From: Geosiphon pyriformis uo1
Lineage: Eukaryota; Fungi; Glomeromycota
DNA: 64,000 bases
NCBI GenBank assembly: GCA_016748015.1
Contig: JAAOMT010000647.1
Span: forward strand, 128,880 to 192,879
Direction: 5' to 3'
The position numbers were made by a program, and so were the translations under genes. The stretch's first letter is position 1; every line of letters begins with the position of its first letter. Below, piece after piece: positions 56,001 to 64,000 of the stretch. Below the pieces are notes generated by a model. The model was not told the origin of the DNA. It saw nothing but the letters and a program-made list of their open reading frames with translations, and did no database searches.

Positions 56001-57668
56001 GAAAAAGATTATATTACCAGTAGAATTTTAGCTATTAATTAGAATGAAATTACTCTTATAATTCTTATTATTAATTAGCATATATAATTATTATTTCAAT
56101 CATTACTTATTATTTAATCAAATTAGCAATTATTATCATTTAATCAATAATCCAATTTGTATTATAGAAATTAAGATAATCAAATTACACAATATCTTAA
56201 ACCATGTAACATAGTCAAAATTCGCCAAAATTAATGAAAATTGGCCGAAATAATTAATAGTTCAGTAAAATAACTTGTAGTTTGCTGAAATATATCTTAA
56301 GTTTACCAAAATTATAGCAAAGAAAAAAGTGCAAGTTCAAAGACTAGTACTACAACAAGTTGTATAAAAAAAGAGCTTCTTTTTTCAAGAAAATATATCT
56401 TTTTATATCTTATCATAGTATCTTACTTTAGATATTTTAATTAGAACAAATCATTTTTTACAAAGTTAAATAAAAATTAAATATTCGAAAACCAAATCCT
56501 TAAATTATTATACTTGAAATTCCCTCAACACAACTAATGTTTTAAAATTGATTAACTACCAATTTCAATAAACTATTAGTGACTCCAGACCTGAATAGAA
56601 AATGTTTTTCTTAACAAAATTCTATTTCTTTTACATTTTATTTATTTTTTATTTTTTTTCTTATCATAATCATTAAGGTAGTCTACAGACAAGATTTCTG
56701 TAAAAGAGTTGACTTTTACAGCAAAGTAACTACATATTTTTAGTGAGTTTTCAAATAAGCAATTTCTGGAAAAAAGTTGACATTTATTACAACATAACTA
56801 CATAAAGTAACTGGCACAGAATTGGCCATTCCACATATAAATCCAACAGTTTAAATTATAAGAGATAATTTGAAGATAAATTCAGTTATAAAAAATTTAA
56901 CTACTTCTTGAGAACATGAATTCACAGCAAACAAATATTAACAACATTCAAGAAAAAAAACCAAAAACCTCTGATAACATTATTGTTGTCATTGGAGTTT
57001 AAATTGGGATTAAACAGTGATTTCAACTCTGCTATATAGCAGCTGATTGGTTTTTTCTCTTCTGGAATCATGTAGATTATGCATAATAATGAATTATAAA
57101 TAAGGTCACACTTATTACAATATTAAAAGTTACATGGGATTAAACAGTAGTCACATAATTGGATGTTTAATTGTTCTAAATGCTGTTCTTATTCTTCTTT
57201 TATAGGTGTTAAATTCTGGTAGTGTTCATGGAACTTTTCTAGACCTGTCTCAATATCCAAAAATGCATCTGAATTGGGAATGAAAATAACTTTCACTGGT
57301 TCTGGTGGGTTGTTTTTTATTTTCAAGATCTCATTGGATAAAGTGTCTGCTATTTTGGCATTTACCATTTGCCAGATTTTGTCTTTTTTATGTAGATAGC
57401 CATTTAAGCAAAAGATTGCTTGATGTCACATTGTATTAATAGGTGTTTTATGACTCATCCAGTTATTGATGAGAATTGTATACTGGCATAAAGCATTGTA
57501 TGTTCCTTCTTGATTCAGAATGTTATTTCATATTTCTTTATTAAGCAATTGTTTGTCACAAGTGAAACATGATTTGTTGTTCCACTTGTCTTGTCTTTTT
57601 GGGTAGTCATAACATTTGTGGTGGCATGGCTTGCAATAATAGCGTATTCAGTAAATTTCATCAGGCAT

Positions 57669-60600
57669 TGTTACTTATAGAAGATAAGAAATATATTAGC
57701 ATATAAATTAGCCAATCAGAAGTAGACATAGTAAAAATATGGAATTTTAGGATTCCTTTTAGAGAAATTACAGGATTTCAGAAATTTCAGAATTCTTGTA
57801 TAAGGAATTGCAGAATTCCAGAATTGCAGAATTCCAGAAATTCCAGAATTCCTGGTATGAAAATTGAAGAATTGAGGAATCTCAATTATGTATATATAAG
57901 CAGTAGCATTAAAAGCAGAAAAACAGACCTCTTAAGTTTAGATTTCATTTAAGCAATCTTCCAAATCATTAATATCAATAAATAATTATTTGTTATCTTA
58001 ATCTACTCTCCACTATCAACACTCTATATTGATAATAATGAATTCTTAACTATACTGGAACAATAGCTCTTGATTACAGCTATTGATAAGATATTAACTT
58101 AAATTGCCATGGCTTATTTTGTTTATTTTATTTTATTTTATTTTATTTTCTTTATTTTTTTGTTGTTTACTAATTGATTAAGGATTAAGCACTAAGTTAT
58201 TGATGTCACAGATAGCCTGGTAAAAGACTTAGAAATAAAAGTAAAAATTATATATTTTAATGTAGAAGGACATGACTGCCAGAATAAACCAGCCACCAAG
58301 CTAAAGAAAAAAATTGGAAAACACATTATCAAAGACTTATATACTGCAAACATTAAATCTCTGTCTATTATACAAAGAACTTAACCCAAAACTTTCAGAT
58401 CCAACAAAATCTTATGATATTACCAACTATATTAACAATTGAGTACCAAGTTACAGATTTGTTATTTGTTTCAAAACCTCAAATAATCACCTATAACATT
58501 TGGTGCTTTTTGTAAGATATAATCTTACAGAAAACTAGCATCAACAACAACTATTCAAAAGTGACAGAATCAGAAATCATAAGGACAAACCATTTAAGAT
58601 TCGCCAAATCCTTATTTCAACAGTACAGTCAACAATTGGGCTTAAACAGCAACTATTATCCAGTAGAATCAGCCTTCAAATTTTATGTTAATGAAAGAAT
58701 TACAGATTTTTTTGGAAGACCAGTTGACATTGAATCAGCAAAAAAAAATTTTTATACTGAATTAATACAACACACTAGCTTACCACAAAACCACAGTTTT
58801 ACATCAATCATTAAGGAAATCAATTAAGCAATTGAAAGGTACATTCAACAACAATTTTCCATTATCTATGCAGACAAAGGCAAAAAAAAATTACAAACAC
58901 CAGCAGTAACACCAAAAGGAATATAGTTACCTACATAAAAAAAACAAAGAATTGAATCTCTATTATATCTGTCATATCACCACACACCCAGCAGTATCAT
59001 TAACATTTCATTAGCAGATATATCTACATCAAATGTGAAAACAACATTGGCACAGATACTGTTCCAAAGTAAACAATCAAAAACCAACCTATTAAGAATA
59101 TATGACAAATATTTTAAAAGATTTAAATCCCAATTGCTAATGCCATCAGAAACTAAATTACTACTATCTTAACCAAATTTTGGAACTGTTAGTTCTTAGG
59201 AAATAACAGAATTGGAAAAAAAAAAAAGAAAAAAAAAAGATCAGGAATTTAACTACCAAAACCCAATTGTAGAAAATCTGGAAGTTGAAACTTCAAATAA
59301 TCAAACTTAGCAAAATCAGAATAAGCCAAACTCTAATACCATTAATCAACAAAACTTATTTCCAGTAATCATAATCAACCTACTACCAGTTGCCATACTA
59401 CCATAACAACCACCAATTAAACTGATTGTTGAACCAATCCAACAGCCATTAATACCACCTCAACAATAACAACAATTACAACAACCACTTTAATAGCTGT
59501 CACAACAACAAATAACATATGCATCTATCACCAAAATTGAAAAATTCACTGGCAAAAAAGATGACATGCAAGTGTGACTGAACAATATAGAAAAAGCCAT
59601 TGCAACCAATAAATAAAATAATGCCAAAGCACTCTAAGTTATTCCATACTTTCTTCAGAATACTGTTAACTTGTGATATCAGAGCTTGGCCAACAAATTT
59701 TAAGATTTCAATGCATTCAAAGTTGAATTTTTGAGATATTTTAGCAATAATAATAGTATTAATTGCTTAGCCAATATCTTTACTACCATTAAGCAAGGAG
59801 AAACTAAAGCAGTCACTACTTATCTAGGATGCTTCCACAGAAACTTATGCCAGATTTAAGCTATTAATGCCAACTATTTCACAATGGCCCAGATTTTGAA
59901 CCAGTTCATTTGCAGATTATGCAGTAGCATTCTGCAATGTGTATGGCTGTTGTATCTAGCCAACCTTCAAGCCACAGTTACAAACATCAGAGATTTTAAA
60001 GTAGCAAAACTCAAGCTAACCATGCTCAAGCCATAAATCTAATAATAAATGGATCATCTGACTTGGATTCCAAATTGAAACAATTTAGTAACTTGATTAA
60101 TTAGATATTAGAAGGATATTTAACTGATAATCGAGCAATTTATTAATCTCCACAATGATACAATAATCAAAAAAACCCCAATTGTTTCCAAAATCAATTG
60201 TATCTATTATTATCGACCAATCAACAATGGCAACAGGAAACATGTATTTGTTACTATTGTGATAAACAAGGACATCTACAAATTAACTGCTGCCATTGCT
60301 TAAATAACCAATAATTGGGAAATTAATATTAAAATCCTAATTGCCAGTTTTAAACTCAAAGATATCAACCAAACTCAGGACTATATTAACTGAATTACCT
60401 ATTAATAATACAGCTGCCAATTTATCAACCACCAATTTATCAGACTCCAATACCAGTTATTTATCAACTGCAGCCACAAGTAATATATCAATTCTAACAT
60501 ATTCAAACACCACCACAAATTTCAACTCTGATGTCACATGGAAACCAAAGACCAAAAAACATTCAACAAAACTGGAGATTGGTGATGGTTGTTCATTAAC

Positions 60601-62266
60601 CAATTTCCAGTTTATTCACCCAACAAACAGAATTACACCAGCAGAATTCAGAAACTGGGTACATCCAAAACCCAACTTTTCAGAACTATTTAAGTCTTTT
60701 AGTAACTCTAAAAGACATTTTATCCAACAACATGGAACCCAACCAAAAACAACCACTTATCAACAACATACCTCCAGCCACTGTCACCAATGACAAATTC
60801 TTAGCAGTAATTTTTTCTTTCAAACTTGAAAAAACCACACCAGTTCTATTATTTAGCAGAGCTGTTTTCAACACCAAACCCATTACCATAATGTACATTG
60901 ATGCCAAAGTTAATGGTCAATCCATCAAACTGATCTTAGACAATGGTTTAGCAAGCAAGATTATTACATGACAACTCATGGACCAATTAGGTTGCCAAGT
61001 TGATTGAGCTGCCAGCACCAGAATTATTACAGCTGATAGAACCACCAAAATCCTTATTAATAAGATTGATGATTTCCTCTTTGAAGTCAATGGTATTATA
61101 GTATTAATCAAAGTCTTAATAATAAAAGCTACACAGTACCAAGCACTAATTGGTAATAACAGGCTAGTCAAAACCAATGCTGTACTTGATTGGACCACTC
61201 AAGAATTACAACTCAGTCAAAATAGCCAGCACATGCAACTACCAGCCACCTGCGGCCACTTTAAACCCACAACAATGCCAGCACCACTAATTGAGTTTGA
61301 AGAAAAAAAAGAAAAACCTATCTGGAAAGCATTTCAAGTCTTATGGGCCAATAAAAACCACAACAAATTGCTGTCAATATTCTTGTGAGATGACAAAAGA
61401 AAGAGAAGAGAAGATGATGAGCCACAGAAAGACAGCACCAATGAAATTGCTAGTGGCTGGAAAAGATTCTATTCAACTGACTCCAGACCAGAATTACCAT
61501 ATATCTTACTTAAGTACAAGAACTGCAAAAAAAAACTGTCCTCCATGAGAGTTTGGGTCATGTCCAATGAAAACTACTAGATACAAACTCATTACTATTA
61601 TAAACTATGCCACAGAAAATGCTATAGATACTCCAAATGACAAGGCAAGTGGGACAACAAATCATGTTTTGCTTGTGGGGAACAGTTACTTAACAAAAGA
61701 ATGTAAAATAATATTCCTGGTCAAGGAGAAATGTGTGACACCTCATGCCAGTACATGATTCTCATAAGTGACTGGGTCAGTTGTAACACACTTATTACTG
61801 CTGCATAACACTGAGCAATTTCTTGTTTGAACAGCTATTCACATGACAAAAATGAGATCTGGTAAATGACCAATGCCAAGATAGAAAGCACTTCACCTAG
61901 TGAGATTCTAGAAATAAAAAACAATCTTCCAAAGTCAGTTAACATTGTTTTCATCCCCAATTCAAATGTATTTTTAGATATTGAGACAGGTCCAGAGAAA
62001 TTTTATAAGCATTACCAAAATTTGGTACCAACAAGAAAAAAACAGAAACAATGCTTAGAAGAAATAAATACCAGATTATGTAACCACTGTTTGATTTTAT
62101 GTGACTTCCAATATTGTAATGAGTGTGACCTCATTTACAATCTACCATCATATATAATCTACACAATTCTGGAGAAAAAGAAACCAATCAGCAGCTGTGC
62201 ATTGGAATCAAAATCAATGTTTAATCCCAATTTAGACTTTGACAACAATGATGATGAAAACAATGG
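57669..62266 (+). mobile_element. Gypsy family-1 copy I, 5' part (LTR 57669-58498, gag, protease, Cys-rich region), interrupted by J
   Basis: LTR, PBS at 58501, GTG-opened gag 58561, CYYCDKQGHLQINC, KLILDNG. Confidence 0.92.
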
Positions 62267-64000
62267 TGTTACTCATAAAAAGAGAACGGATATAGGAAAA
62301 TAGTAGATCAATAAGAGAATAATAGGTAACATGTGAGCACATTGCTCAGCAATATCAGAAATTACGGCACATTGCTCAGCAATGTGAAGCAATATCAGAA
62401 ATCACAACACATTGCTCAGTGATGTGGAGTGATGTTAGAAAATTAGGGCACATTGCTTAGCAATATGAGCATTGCTTAAAGAAATCATAACACATTGCTC
62501 AGGAATGTAAGCAATCTCATAGAACATTAATTATGTATATATAGTGATAGTGTTAGAAGTAGAAAGAACAAAATTTTTTAGTTAGAGACCTTCCAGTTTA
62601 AATTTGATCTAAACAATCTTCTACATTACAATATCAATAAAATAAATATTCACTATCTCAATTCACTCTCTATTATCAACACTCCATGTTGAAAAAAGTT
62701 GATACTTAAACACACTAGAACAATAGCTCTTGATTATAGCTATTAACAGAATACTAATTTGTAAATGCCTTGGCTTATTATCTTTTCTTATTTTCTTTTA
62801 TTTTTTTTTTGATTATTTTGTTGTGTTTACTAATTGATTAAAAAGATTAAGCACTGAATTACTGACATTAAGGATTGCCTGATAAAAGACCCTTGCAAGT
62901 GGGCAGAACACATAAAAGACTTATGGATTACTTACCAGAGAATTGCTGGCCATCACGCCAAGAAAAAAATTGACAGAATTGTGATTCTGAAAAGCTATGA
63001 AAAAACAACTAGTGAATCTCTGCCATTATACAAAGAACTCAACAAAAACCTTCAGATACTACAAACATCTATATATTATTTGAGCACCAAGTTATGGATT
63101 TGTTATTTGATTTGAGACCCCAAATAATTACTTGTAACATTTGGTACTTCCTGTGAGGTATAATCTTACAGAAAACCAGCACTAACAACACCCATCCAAA
63201 CAGTGGCAGAATCTGAAGAAACAGAGACAAATCATTTAGGATTTGTGAAATTCTTATTCCAACACTACTGTCAACATTTAGAATTAATCAACAATCACTT
63301 ATCAGCAGAATTAGTTTCAAGTTTTATGTTTACAAGAGAATCTTATATTTGCTAGAAGTACCAGTAGAAACTGACTCAGCCAGAAGAAACTTCTACAACA
63401 AATAAATTCAAAATACCAGCTTACCAACAAATTATAATTTCACAGCAATCCTTACTGAAATCAATAAAGAAATTGAAAGTTACACTCAACAAAAATATCT
63501 AATCACCTACGCAAACAAAGGCAAAGGAAAATTAGCAGTAATATCCCAAAGGATACAACCACCCACTTGGAAGAAAACCAGAGTTAAATTACCAACAAAC
63601 TTATCATACCACTATATACCTGGAAGTACTATCAACATCTCATCAATAGATGCATCCACATCAAACACGATATTAACATTTGGGCAACTCCTATTTCAAA
63701 GTAAACAAAAGAAAGCAGAATTACTAGGAATCTACAGCAATTATTTTGAAGGATTTAAATTGTGATCACCAATACCATCAGAATTCTGATCACCACCATC
63801 TCAACCAGATTTCGGAAATGTGAGTCTCTGAAAGATAACAGAATTAAAAGAAAAAAAAGAAGCTAAAAATTAAGAATTTACTTACCAGAACCCAATTCTA
63901 AAAAATCCAAACATCAAAACCCCAAACCTTCAAACTCAGCAAAATCTAAATTTAAAAAATCTGGAAATTGGAACTCCGAATATTCAAACACTGCCAAATC
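62267..64000 (+). mobile_element. Gypsy family-1-related copy J, 5' LTR (62267-63139) and gag start; runs off the window
   Basis: TGTTACTC...GTAACA, PBS TGGTACTTCCTGTGAG, gag from GTG 63203; U3 carries ACATTGCTCAGCAAT repeats. Confidence 0.9.

Larger units (their letters stand above)
45302..56979 (+). mobile_element. Full-length Gypsy family-3 copy H (dUTPase-bearing) with two solo-LTR insertions
   Basis: LTRs 45302-46249 and 56012-56979, TSD TCAT/TTAT, PBS TGGTGCTCTCC 46252, protease LILDSRSTG ~48385, Cys-rich region, dUTPase, RT, RNase H, integrase 52838-54203, ORF3. Confidence 0.95.
24908..57668 (-). mobile_element. Gypsy family-1 copy D in four pieces (24908-25919, 33450-35676, 43358-45301, 56980-57668); host of F, G, H and I
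   Basis: Pieces rejoin colinearly across TSDs: 3' LTR, ORF3, integrase, RNase H, RT (YLDD 43492-43737), dUTPase (44841-45245), Cys-rich region. The 5' part is not in the window. Confidence 0.92.

Noticed and set aside
1-64000. Alternative genetic code explaining the many in-frame stops
   Set aside because: All three stop types occur, mostly at copy-specific positions, alongside frameshifts and catalytic-site transitions, as expected for decay.

Overview
AT-rich eukaryotic, most likely fungal, heterochromatin-like DNA made almost entirely of nested, decayed Ty3/Gypsy LTR retrotransposons. No intact host gene, RNA gene or CRISPR array was found. From memory, the proteins resemble Glomeromycotina TEs, but this was not searched. 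From LTR ends (TGTTA...TAACA), PBS (TGGTGCT...), PPTs and 4-bp target-site duplications I resolved three families. Family 1 (~10 kb): copies A, B, C (full length, 10957-21002), D, I and J. Family 2 (~7.6 kb): copies F and G, inserted in opposite orientations inside D. Family 3: copy H. There are also three solo LTRs, a fused LTR fragment and a LINE 3' end. All copies are riddled with C>T/G>A changes and almost lack CpG. The reconstructed architecture is unusual: gag - protease - Cys-rich multi-CxxC domain - five-motif dUTPase (families 1 and 3) - RT - RNase H - stop(s) - integrase opening with its own conserved Met - a ~210-220-codon extra sense ORF (ORF3) ending near the PPT. ORF3 shares a C-terminal pattern in all three families. 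Other signals are shared pol lesions in F and G, central pyrimidine-purine steps in all readable target sites, repeated insertion at homologous positions, and interchangeable tandem-repeat U3 modules on a common LTR 3' half. Internal domain boundaries are approximate, read by eye.
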